Shown: one piece after another, positions 13,081 to 25,049 of the stretch
Layout: each line of letters starts with the position of its first letter
How positions within the stretch are numbered: position 1 is the stretch's first letter
Origin: Octopus sinensis
Lineage: Eukaryota
Direction: 5' to 3'
DNA: 64,000 nucleotides
Assembly (NCBI RefSeq): GCF_006345805.1
Contig: NC_043022.1
Coordinates: 10,664,001-10,728,000 of the forward strand
Position numbers and translations under genes: made by a program
Notes under the pieces: model-generated
Seen by the model: the letters and a program-made list of their open reading frames with translations, nothing else
Told to the model about the DNA's origin: nothing
The model's database searches: none

Positions 13081-13584
13081 TGTATATTATTACCATACCA
13101 TTCCTTCGTTTTATGTCTTTTTCCATGTCAGCATGGATTAGATGAGTACTCATTATGGAGACATTGTTTTACAGCTGGATGAGCTTCCTTTCACTAATTT
13201 TTAACATTTTTCAAGTAAGGAGTTGTTTTTTTTTAAAATTCCATTTGTTTTTGAAAGCATTTGTTAACAGGGAATCAGGGATTATAAACTTGACATGACC
13301 GTTTTGATTAGTTTCATATGAAGATACAGAGAATAACACAACCACACACAAACACTGCATACAAACGTACATATGGCAGGCTTTCCATACAGTTTGTCTT
13401 CCAGTTCCTTTGGTATCCCCAAAGCTTCAACAGAAAACACATGCCCAAAGTGCCATGCAGTTAGATTGAACATGAAACCATGTAGTTACAATGTTACAAT
13501 GTCACTTTGGATGATATACCCACTCTATTGACAGTAATACGAGTGCATCTTTTTCCTGACTTATGGACTTTTAAATGACTTATG

Positions 13585-13616
<32 letters not shown>

Positions 13617-14121
13617 ATATGTATATTATTACCATACCATTCCTTCGTTTTATGTCTTTTTCCATGTCAGCATGGATTAGATGAGTACTCATTATGGAGA
13701 CATTGTTTTACAGCTGGATGAGCTTCCTTTCACTAATTTTTAACATTTTTCAAGTAAGGAGTTGTTTTTTTTTTTAAATTCCATTTGTTTTTGAAAGCAT
13801 TTGTTAACAGGGAATCAGGGATTATAAACTTGACATGACCGTTTTGATTAGTTTCATATGAAGATACAGAGAATAACACAACCACACACAAACACTGCAT
13901 ACAAACGTACATATGGCAGGCTTTCCATACAGTTTGTCTTCCAGTTCCTTTGGTATCCCCAAAGCTTCAACAGAAAACACATGCCCAAAGTGCCATGCAG
14001 TTAGATTGAACATGAAACCATGTAGTTACAATGTTACAATGTCACTTTGGATGATATACCCACTCTATTGACAGTAATACGAGTGCATCTTTTTCCTGAC
14101 TTATGGACTTTTAAATGACTT

Positions 14122-14140
<19 letters not shown>
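13081..14140. repeat. ~540-bp tandem duplication
   Basis: Copies start at 13081 and 13620. Identical 63-aa ORFs at 13282 and 13822. The only visible difference in the unique part is a T/A homopolymer. Confidence 0.9.
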
Positions 14141-14163
<23 letters not shown>

Positions 14164-14164
14164 A

Positions 14165-14196
<32 letters not shown>

Positions 14197-14201
14197 CGAG
14201 A

Positions 14202-14419
14202 TGAGGAGCTGCTGAAAAGTTCCTGGTTTTGGGTAAAAGAAAATACAGGAGGATCAGTTAATTATGAATTTAATCATGAGATTTCCCTCTCAGATTCACA
14301 TACTTATTACAGCGGTTCTTCAGTTTTTCTAAACCCTGTAAAAGAACCTGGAAGGTTGGACCTCCCACCAGACCTTTCATGATACCCTTTAAAGCCAGGA
14401 ACTTTTCAACACCTCCTTG
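14202..14419. mobile_element. mariner-type MITE
   Basis: Imperfect TIRs GAGGAGCTGCTGAAAAGTTCCTGG / CCAGGAACTTTTCAACACCTCCTTG followed by TA. Confidence 0.65.
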
Positions 14420-14955
14420 TATATAGTTTCAGTTACAAAGGATCCTTAGTGGATCAAGGCATAACAAAGTAAAGCACACCACTGATGAGTTGGGAGTCAT
14501 GTAATGTAATTACACTATTTAACTAATTGTATTACGCTTACATCAAAATAAAAATGCCTAATGAAGCAACTGCAGCAACATCAAATAACCCATTCATCTG
14601 TTTTTATTCATCATCATCATCATGTAACATCCATTTTCCATACTGGCATGGGTTGCACAGTTTGTCAGGAGCTGCACCAGGCTTGGTATATTCAAGGATT
14701 TATTAGAAGGTAGTTATCCAATGTATTACACAACGTGACCTCATGTTTAAAGCTTGAATTTCTTAACTGCACCACTATCCCTCCAATCTTTATGAGCTTC
14801 TTCAGATGCTACACCAACTACAAATTCAAAATTAGGAAAAGAAAAACATTTAATTGAACTAATTCTATCTTTTAAATCGAAACTCAATTTCAGTTTGCTT
14901 TTTAGGTATTTTTAATTACCTTTCTCAGCTGATTGCATTTGGTTTATTTTATTAA

Positions 14956-15990
14956 CCTGTTAGCATTGAAACCAGCTATATCAGACCCAAATATTCTATG
15001 TGTTTTATGTTGATACCAGCCAGATTTGGCCTCTCACACCTACTCTACAATGTCATTTTGACAATAAATGATCACATCATTGAAATCTTGAAGCTACAAG
15101 ATAATGCATGATTAATTAAATATGAATAAATAAGCTTTATATTTGACAGTAAACTGAATGTCAAAGGGTTAAACTAGTCATATTCTGCTCAAACATTCTC
15201 CTTGTTTTATGTTCAAACTGTCCAGATCTGGTCTCTTACACCTGCTCTACAATGTCACTCTCAAAATAAACAATCACATCATCAAAATCTCAAAGCAACG
15301 AGATAATGCATGATTAATTAAATGTGAATAAATTGACATTGCATTTGACGGAGTAATCTGAATACTAAAGGGTTAAGGTATCTAATCATGGATATATTTT
15401 TTCTTCCCCTCTCCCACACTTACCAATCAAATGTAAACTGTGCGTCTCAACACCGTTTGAATTCAAATTGTCATCTTTTTTTCTTTTTTTAAATGTTTCT
15501 TTTTATATATCTATCTATTTCTCAAAAACTAACCTGTTAAATAATTATACACACTTTTCATCTTTAACCCTTTAGCATTTCAAACCAGCAATATCCGGCC
15601 AAAATATTTTTTATGTTGAAACTGGTCTGATGTGGTCTCTCACACCGACCCTATAATGTCATACTGAAAGTAAACAGTGACATCATTGAAATCTCAAATC
15701 TATAAGATAATGCATGATTAATTAAAAACAATGTGAATAAATAAACATTACATTTGACAGAAAAATCTGAATTCTAATGGTTTAAACCGGCCATATCTGG
15801 TCAAAATATTCCACTTGTTTATGTTCAAACAAGCCAGATTGGGCATGTCACACCTCCCCTACAATGTCATTCTAAAACATTAACAGTTACCTTATCAAAA
15901 TCTCATCAATACAAGGTAATGCATGATTAATTCAAAACAATGTGAATGAACAAGCATTACGTTTCACAAGATAATCTGAATGCTGAATGG
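14956..15990 (+). mobile_element. Cluster of four ~205-bp piggyBac-type MITEs (two dimers)
   Basis: Units 14956-15168, 15173-15372, 15568-15781 and 15786-15990, bounded by TTAA with CCCTTTAGCATT...AATGCTAAAGGG-like TIRs. Same family inverted at ~10440-10630 and ~56300-56406. Confidence 0.7.
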
Positions 15991-16377
15991 TTAATCCTGA
16001 AAACACGCATATGCAGTGATGCTGCTGCACTTTAACAAATGCATTCATTTGCTATTTTTCGCAGTTGATCTCACCACTGCCTTGTTACAGCTCCCCAGAT
16101 TGTAGTGGCAGGGCAACTAGAAGGAGAGGGCAGAAATCTGCAAAGATTAGGGACGCAGACCTCCCCACACACACATACACCACGCCATCTACCACTGCTC
16201 ATCTGACTAACACATAATAAAAAGAAATAAAGAATGAACTGTAATGTCTAATCTGCTATTAACTGGTTTTTTTTCTCTTTCTGCCTTTTTGCTCTTACAG
16301 ATTAACCAATTCTGACCATAAACAATAATCTTTGCTTTGACCACACTTTTCTCTAACCATCTACATGCAAAACGACA

Positions 16378-16393
16378 ATGAGTTCTTCTTCAC
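16378..16393 (+). CDS. Probable first coding exon of the zinc-finger gene (exon 16301-16393; MSSSS + 1 nt)
   Basis: Long polypyrimidine tract and CAG acceptor (16298-16300); donor CAC|GTAAGT at 16393/16394. ATG in ACAATGA context with an upstream in-frame TAA (16354). The phase 1 end matches the 2 spare nt (CT) of the exon at 23191, giving CCT (Pro). Confidence 0.7.
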
Positions 16394-16561
16394 GTAAGTG
16401 GCAGCATTTTTAATTACTTCCCACCATTCGTATCCTGATCTTCTACTGTACCTCTTCATGCTGTAGGGGGTTATTTTTAGGTGGGGAACAAAATGGATAT
16501 ATGATATATATATGTGTGTATGTGTGTGTATACATGCACGCACATGCTCAAGAAAAAGCAT

Positions 16562-16873
16562 AAATAATAGGTTTCACTTATTTCTTTGTTTGTGCATCTT
16601 CGACTTACAGCTGTTTCTGACGTGCATCATTGGTGCATTCATGGTTCCATGTACACAATCAGATGAGTGATTGACTGAAAAATTTGAACGACCTCAACAA
16701 ATACTATTCCATGCACCGACTTTAATGATGATAGTATTTAAGATCATTCAATTTTTTGCAATCGTACAGTCAACTGATTGAGTAATATGGAACTATGAAC
16801 ACACCTACAATGTTTATCAGAAACAGCGGTAAGACATAGATGCACAAATAAAGAAATATGTAAAGCCTACTAT
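16562..16873. mobile_element. Fold-back element with ~100-bp diverged inverted arms
   Basis: 16562-16662 is the reverse complement of ~16775-16873 at roughly 75% identity by eye. Confidence 0.6.
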
Positions 16874-17830
16874 TTATGCATTTTCTTGTATATCACTCAG
16901 TGAAAAGGAGCGGTTTAACTGGGGAGTGCAACCATGGATTTACAAAATCAACTGGTGATATAGACTTTGACTGAGGACCTAGCCTTAGGATTATCTGGAG
17001 TTCTATAACCAATCTGAAAGCATTTTGTTAGCTTGGTGTATTTGTATTAACAGAGAGCTTGACAAGTATTTTGCCCGGATTTATAATCCCTTATTAATAA
17101 CTATATATTATAAATGTATGTATTTTTTAATTTTTTAATTGTACAAATAACAAGGAAAAAATAAATAAATAGTTACCAGGGTAGCAAAAATTCACATAAG
17201 TGCCAATGATATTACAGCCTATTTATAAAGGTAGAAATTACAGGGTTAAGTGAAATGTTTTTGTATAACATGGATAAATTAAGAAATGGAGTCAAATGCA
17301 GGTGTTAATGATTCTTAAAGAATGCCTCAGTGGTTATTCCATAGTCTGTGACTGTGCTACAGTCACACATAGATACACACACACACACACACATAAAATA
17401 TATGTATGTGTGTGTGTATCCTTTACTTGTTTCATTTATTAGGCTGCAGAGCTATGTTGGGGCACTGCCTTGAAGGGTTTAATCAAACAAATTGATCACG
17501 GTACCTAATTTTTAAAGTCTGGTACCTATTCTACCAATCTCTTTTTTGTGAATTTAGGTTACAGGGATGTATACAAACCAACACTGGAGGACAAACACAA
17601 CATAAACACAAAAAGACACAGACACACACACACACACACATTCTCGTATAGACTTCTTTCAGTTTCCATCTGCCAAATCCTCTAACAAGGCTTTGTTGAC
17701 TAAGATGACCTGCAGTAGGACTGAACTCACTGAAACTACATGGATTGTAATTTGATTTAAGGGAGTTTTGCATGCTATTTCTAGCAAACCGAGTAACCAC
17801 ATAGAGGCACCAGCTTTGACTCATCGATTA

Positions 17831-18056
17831 CAGGTAAGTTCATCACAGGGAAAGTTCACTACCCTCAATTCACCATGAAGAATGTTCACCATGAGGAAAG
17901 TTTACCAAGAAAATATATCCATGGTATCCCGCCATTAATAGTTAAAAACTACTTTATTGAGAAAAAAATGGTGAATTGATGACAATGAACTCTCCCTGCA
18001 GTGAATTGATGATGGTGAACTTTCCCTGTGATGAATTCATGGCGGTGAATTTACCA
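17831..18056. mobile_element. Imperfect palindromic MITE with internal ~15-bp subrepeats
   Basis: TTCATCACAGGGAAAGTTCAC mirrored by GTGAACTTTCCCTGTGATGAA; ends GGTAA...TTACC. Confidence 0.55.
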
Positions 18057-19659
18057 GACATGGACTCATCAACCAAGTTGAAACCTTCTCTATGAATGTT
18101 GCTGTTTAGCCCTAGGTCAGGTTCAACCTTAACCAAATTAAGTTATGATCAGAGATATTTCATCCTTGACGATCCAGTGAATTCTTCCTTGATGGGTGTG
18201 ATGTGAGGGAGTTTGGTTTTTAATTCTAGCAGGTCAAAACAACCACTTAGGGTCTCCTTCATTGCTATTGGTGCATTCAGTCCCACGGGACTGTTTGGTA
18301 AAAAGTCCTTTCTTGCAGAGTCATAACAAAGGTGAACCTTTATTATCACCATCATTTCATTCCCTCTCTTTCTATAAATATTAATAATTCATAGTCTTGC
18401 TAAATGAAAAGAACCTGCTTTGCTGAGAAGTTCTAATAAGGCTGAAACATGTCTGTTGCTTTCATCAGTTGGTTTTCATCAGCAGATTCACTCCAATCTA
18501 TATTGGCTTATATTATGAAAAAATTTCAGTCAACTGATTTTATTACTGTTATCCCTCTTGCTAATTGTTTGCAAGGTTTTAATCATTCCTTCTGTGGAAA
18601 CACCTCACTGCAGAATCCATTTCTATCATCTCTGACATCTTTAGCAACTTCATGGTTTGTCTGTTTTACTCTGTAAGGAGCATTGGGCCAGGTTTCCTGG
18701 TTTCTCTGGTGTATGTATATTCCTCCCCGGACAGGACACTGGTCCGTTGCAAGATTAGCCAGTTTTGTCAGCTGAGTGGACTGGAACAATGTGAAATGAA
18801 GTGTTTTGCTCAAGAACATAATGCAGGAATTGAAACCACAATCTTACTATCGTGAGTCGAACACCCTAACCACTAAGCTATGCATTACACTGAAAATGGT
18901 TGAGTTTTCCACATTTTTACTTTCTGGGTGGACTGGAGCAAAGTGAAATGAAGTGTTTTTCTCAGGAACATAATGCATCACTACAATCTTACAATCATTG
19001 CTTGGTCCAGGGGTTGAAACCACAATGAACACCACAACCATTAAGCCATGCACCTCCACATTTATCAACTTCATAATGAACATATATGTTTCAGCAACCC
19101 CTACTTATCCCTTTTTGTTCTTTACTAACTCATCATCTCCCACTCCTAGTTAGATTCCCTTCCTCCCACTTCACTCACATCAAATAGGCTATCCTTTTGT
19201 CATAATTTCGCTATCCCTCAGCCTTAAATTTTGACTTTGAAGTCTGTGCATAAAGTTTGTCCCCCAGTCCCAACCTGCCAATTAAAACAAATTATTAAGT
19301 TTAAGCCATCAACCATTTCTCCTACCCCACATCTGCCTTCTTGAGCCCCTCATCTCCCATCTGGTCCTTCCATAGTACCATTCTCTGCAACTTCCACTTT
19401 ATCCAGTATGACCCAATTACCACTTCCATCCTACCTGAGCCCACACTCTCCTCCTTTAAACAGAGCTGAAATTTATTTGACCCCCTAGTTAACATCGGTA
19501 GTCAGACCTGACCTTGAACATCTGTCTATTCCTGATCCCTTTGAAGCAACTGTCCCCTGTCCTTTCATTTACGTCAACAACTCAAGGTGGCCCTTAGTCC
19601 ATGTTCCAAGTTGCTGACCACTTTACATACATTTTCATCAACGTTATATACTGCATTAA

Positions 19660-19861
19660 GCCTTTTGATTCCAACTTGCCTGAGAAACACCCTTGCTTCC
19701 ACGATTGTTTTAAAGTGATCTAAAGCAAAACCTTCCATCAAAATTTCATGTCCAAACACCAGCATAAAAACAACAAAGTCAGTTTACTAAAATTCTTCAT
19801 TGTTTTTTAAACTATTTGAAACAAAGCAGTGTATTTTAGTAGAAATACGATAATAAAAGGG
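19660..19861. mobile_element. piggyBac-type MITE
   Basis: TTAA on both sides (19656-59, 19862-65); ends GCCTTTT...AAAAGGG; similar in size and termini to 45209-45414. Confidence 0.6.
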
Positions 19862-22683
19862 TTAAATGTCAACCTTATGACGCATTATATATTTAGGCGA
19901 AACTCTACTACTTGACAGACTGCTTCCATGAACACCTTCTGGATAGTTTTCACAACACTCCTGGTCTCCTCAAATATGTGGCTTTTCATTTCAATTTCTG
20001 AGGCCATTTCTGCCATCATATCTGTCTTAGGATTAATCCAATGCTCCAAACTCCCTTCTACTAAGATCTAATTTCAAATTGCACTTTTTTACTCACTGTG
20101 GCATCAACAATAAGCTAAATATCTTCTAATCACCCCCGCCTCAACACATGCAGAGTGTATACGTACGCATTTTCTCTCACTTACTCAGCCCTCCCTCACA
20201 GTCATGAGGACTAACACTTTGCTGCTTTTTACTATTGTTTTTGCTCATGTTCATTTCAGTTCCACTATCCATATTTACTCTCCTCAACTCAGAAACCATA
20301 CCAACTCATTTCTAGCACCATTACTACCACAGCAGTACTTAGAGCTCTCTCTTTTCTCTTTCTTGATAAAGAGCCCCAGCCCTAATTTTTAACATTTTTC
20401 TTTTATTCATATGTATCATCATCATCATCATCATCATTTAACGTCCGCTTTCCATGCTAGCATGGGTTGGACGATTGGACAATTTGACTGAGGTCTGGTG
20501 AATCAGACTCCAATCTGGTCTGGCAGTTTCTACAGCTGGATGCCCTTCCTAACGCCAACCACTCCAAGAGTGTAGTGGGTGCTTTTACGTGCCACCAGCA
20601 CGAGGGCCAGTTTGGTGGTACTGCCAACGGCCACGCCCAAATGGTGCTTTTTACATGCCACCTAAACAGGAGCCAGTCCAGCGGCACTGGCGATGCTCTC
20701 GCTCGAATATTTCACATGCCACCAGCACAAGTGCTAGTAAGGCGACGCGGTAACGATAGATGACGCGTATTCATATGTATATTTTATTCATATCTATATT
20801 TCCTTTGGAATATTTGTTGCTAATGGAAGCCCACACTAATTTCTTCTCTGGATTTTAATCGATCCATTTTTTTTTCTGCCCACAATTCATGGGAAGGTCA
20901 TGGGGGTAGAGTCCTCAGGCACCTCCTCAATAGCATCCCATCGGAATCAACTGTCATTACACTTTCCAGTTGGATTCCCAAGTGTGACCAAGTAAGGCTA
21001 AAGATCTTATCCAACCATCTCGTTCTTGCTCTACCCTTAGGTCTCCTGCTGGTTGAACTTCATCATCATCATCGTTTAACGTCCGCTTTCCATGCTAGTA
21101 TGGGTTGGACGGTTTGACTGGGGTCTGGGAAGTCAGGAGGCTGCACCAGGCCCAGTCTGATCTGGCAGTGTTTCTACAGCTGGATGCCCTTCCTAACGCC
21201 AACCACTCCGTGAGTGTAGTGGGTGCTTTTTACGTGCCACCAGCTTCAAAAATCTAACGTGTGATTCCAGATTCTTCCCTGTGACATTCTAATCAAGTCC
21301 ATAGTACCAGAGCTGTAACTTAAGGCAGAGAAGTAGCAGCTCGACCTGGACAAACTCTATGGAGCCTGTCAAATGACATCATTCCAGAAATCTTTCAGAG
21401 GAACCCTTTGTGTTTGCAATTGTACTCCTTCACTCATTACCTACAATTTCATGACCATAGCTAAAGACTCCCAACCACATGGTTGTGGGTTCAGTCTCAC
21501 TGCGTGGCACCTTGGGCAAGTGTCTTCTACCATTATCTTGGGCTGACCAAAGCCTTGTGAGTGGATTTGGTAGGCAGAAACTGAACGAAGCCTATTGTAT
21601 ATATGTATATATACACACACACACACACACACGTGTATGTATGTATTATTGTGTGTCTGTGTTTGTCTCCCCATCATCGATTGACAGCCTCCTGCTTCCC
21701 ATCACATGCGAACATGGATCAGAGATACTTAAACTTTTCCACTTGACTCACTGATATTTCACTAACATGTAGCTCGTTTTTGAGACGCAAGGCTCTTTTG
21801 TGCTAAGGTTAACTCTGAACACTTTAAAATGGACTGTTTTACTGCACAGTATCAAAGACAGTCATAGATGATTTGGTATCATCATTATCATCTTCATCAT
21901 CATCATCATCTAACATTCGTTTTCCATACTGGCATGGGTAAGACAGTTTGACTGGAAATGGTAAGCTGGATAGCTGCACCAAGCTCCAATCTGTTTTTGC
22001 TTCGTTTCTACGACTGAATGCCCTTCCACTTATGCCAGCCACTCTGCAGACTGTACTGGGTGCCTTTTATGTGACACCAGCACAAACTTGTCTAATACTT
22101 GACAGACTGCTTCCATGAACGTCTCCTTGATAGTTTTCACAACACCCCTGGCTCCCTCAAATATGTGGCTTTCCGTTTCAATTTCTGAAGCCATTTCTAC
22201 CATCATATCTGTCTTAGGATTAATCCAATGCTCCAAACTCCCTTCTACTGTACAACTTCATGAACAAAGATTTCATTTCAAATTGAACTTTTTTGCTCAC
22301 CATGTCTGTGTGTCACTGGGCACCAGCCACAACAAGGATTTTACTCTCAAGCACAACGAATCACCAAAAGTCACTTGTGATTGTCTCCGTGAGGCTCAAC
22401 ATCCGAAGATCATATTTCACCACCTTGTCCCACGTTTTCCTGGGTCTACCTCTTCCACAGGTTCCCTCCACAGTTATAGATTGGCAAGAGCTCGAGTGGA
22501 TTAAATGCTGATCGGTAAAGATCAACTGGATTAAATACTGTACGCACATGTACCCCTGTGTGTATGTGTTAATAATAATTGAAACATAAGCAGAAGAAAG
22601 TAGTACATTAGAAATACAACCAAGAAAAGTTTAATTCTTCTAGACTGTATTTTCACTGAAATACTTTGTCAATGCTTTTCACT

Positions 22684-23155
22684 GAGTTTTGAAAAATTAA
22701 TCAAGTATTTGAAGATATTTTAGAAAATATTAATCAATAATTAATTCTTGGTTAATTTTGAAAAATTCATCAGGAATTTGAAGATATTTTAGATAATATT
22801 AATCAAGAAGTAATTTTTAAAAATTAATTGAAGAATCAATTCTGAAAAATTTATTCTTGGTTAATTTTGAAAAATTTATTCATGGTTAATTTTGAAAAAT
22901 TAATCAGGAATTTGAAGATAATATTAATCAAGAAGTAATTTTGAAAAATTAATTGAAGAATTAATTTTGAAAAATTTATTTTGAAAAATTTATTCTTGGT
23001 TAATTTTGAAAAATTAATCAGGAATTTGAAGATATTTTAGATAATATTAATCAAGAAATAATTTTGAAAAATTAATTGAAGAATTAATTTTGAAAAATTT
23101 ATTCTTGGTTAATTTTGAAAGATTAATCAAGAATTTGAAGATATTTTAAATAATA
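22684..23155. repeat. AT-rich minisatellite (~109-bp unit)
   Basis: TTAATTTTGAAAAATTAATCAGGAATTTGAAGATATTTTAGATAATATTAATCAAGAAG... repeated about four times with internal subrepeats. Confidence 0.85.
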
Positions 23156-23190
23156 ATTTTTTTTTTCTTTCTTTTTTTTTCTGTTTGCAG

Positions 23191-24680
23191 CTGTGGATCA
23201 TGTTGCATCACCTGTTAGCCTCAGCACTGCCGCCGGTAGCCAAATTTCATTTGAAAAAGATGGTGAAAATTATAAATGTTCTATATGTGGTAAAGCTTTT
23301 GGTTATAAAAATGGTCTTATTCGACATGTACGCCTCACCCATGATAAAGAACGTCCATTTCAGTGTGACATATGTCACCGTCGATTCGGCTATAAGAATA
23401 TCTTACTGGAACACCAGAACATTCACTTTGGTATTAAGCCTTATGCTTGCAACCTCTGCGACAAAAAATTTGCTGCTCGCTCCAATCTGGTGCAGCATCG
23501 TCTGATACACAGGAAGCCGTATTGCTGTCGAATGTGCAACAGACGATTCGACAAAGAAGTCCAGTTGCAGCGCCACCTGCTCACCTGTCAAGGCGAAGCA
23601 TTGCAGTGCAGTATTTGTAATTACGCAGCTAGCAATCAAACATCACTGAATGCGCACATTTTTGAAGCTCATCCACCTCAGTATTACGATACACGAGACA
23701 AAAACCGGGTTGATCTTGCGGGTGGAGATAGTACGGCAGGCAGTCTGTCGATTGTGTCCACCTGCTCGGCAAACGATAACAGCAGTGGTGGTTCAGGCAT
23801 AGACAGTGTCCTCTCTTACAACTTGCAGCTGAGCACTGAGACGGAATCTATGCGCAAGATAGACAATATCTGCTCACAGCTTGCTAGTCGCAGTAACAGC
23901 ACGACGCCTTCCAATGACAGTGTTGTCGGAGGAGCCACTATTAAACAAGAACAGCCTTCACCATCATATGATTCACAACCAGTATTTCCAGTTGGTATCA
24001 GTGTCTCAAATAATGAGCGCTGTTTTGTAGAAAACCAGCAGAAGCAGTACAGTAACAATGGCAACAGCAGCAATGGCAGTTCGAGTGGTGTGACGTCGGA
24101 GGCTGCATGCCGTTTGACTGTATCCAGGCTGGACAACACAAGCAATCACCGGAGCAGCAGTCCTCCACATCCGGCTCTTGCGTCGACGACCATTGACGAG
24201 ATGATGCAGGTGGTAGAAGTGCCGGCTACTCCCGACCAGCCTGTCTCAAATCGGTGTTACACTGTGCCATCACCACGCGACCTCATACCCAGCAACATTG
24301 CCGACTCGACGAGCAGCCTGTCAGAGATGCTCTCCATGCTCCAGAACCTGATCCAGAAGTCCCAGGAGCTGGAGCCATCCTCGTCGGGTGGTTTCTCTGT
24401 TGCAATCACACCGAGGAAATCGACAAAGGATGTTGCAACGCAATTCGCGACCCCAATCGACGGCGTGCCTTTACTGGAAGATACCTTAGCCTACTACATG
24501 TCCCAGGGTAAGATTTACAAGTGCAACCATTGCGGGATTATTTTTCAGGAGCGAGGCATGTACTTCCTGCACAATTCACTGCATGGGGCGTACAATCCGT
24601 GGGAGTGTAGCATATGTCACAAAGTGTGTGCGGACAAGAATGATTTCAATCTACATTTTGTTAACCAGCAACATGTATAA
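23191..24680 (+). CDS. C2H2 zinc-finger transcription factor, Ikaros/Hunchback-like (main coding exon; ~501 aa in total)
   Basis: 1.49-kb open frame after a (T)n-TTTGCAG acceptor. Five N-terminal fingers (23271-23672; linkers DKERP, FGIKP; finger 4 is C2HC). C-terminal pair YKCNHCGIIFQERGMYFLHNSLHGAYNPWECSICHKVCADKNDFNLHFVNQQH matches the Ikaros/Hunchback dimerisation fingers. TAA at 24678-24680. Confidence 0.93.
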
Positions 24681-25043
24681 AAAATTAAAAAAACCAAAAA
24701 AATTTTTTTAAATGCGACATGTAAATGGCAAAACTGAACATAAACTGGTACATGTCACACAACACCTTCATGTTTGTATATATTTATTTACCGACTGCAA
24801 CAGCAAACAAAAACAATGTGTTTTTATACCAGAACTGTAAAAGAAAAAAAAACTGTAACCAATTGCTAGGTGTATGAGTCAGTGTGTGTGTTTGTGCGTG
24901 CATGCAGTATATATTCATGTGTGTGTGTGTGTAAATTATGTAAGTGCATTTGTGTGTGTATGTATAGAGGTTTGTGCGTTGATAAGTGCCAACACACGAA
25001 GCTCTCACCTTGAGTCACTCTGTTACTTCTACTAAATATTAAT

Positions 25044-25049
25044 AATAAA
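25044..25049 (+). promoter_or_regulatory. Candidate polyadenylation signal
   Basis: AATAAA ~360 bp after the stop, second at 25513-25518. The context is A-rich, so support is weak. Confidence 0.25.

Noticed and set aside
16065-16217. 50-codon frame after a TTTCGCAG acceptor, followed by AATAAA
   Set aside because: No homology or phase-compatible upstream coding exon; at most an untranslated exon.
19910-22250. Protein-like ORF EHWINPKTDMM... present twice (19910-20062 and 22097-22249), with several T>C differences
   Set aside because: About 12 differences, mostly non-synonymous, so no sign of coding selection. The transition bias is too small a sample to claim ADAR-type editing.
23193-23195. 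GTG start given by the ORF track
   Set aside because: Lies 2 nt after a canonical splice acceptor; the real ATG is most likely at 16378.
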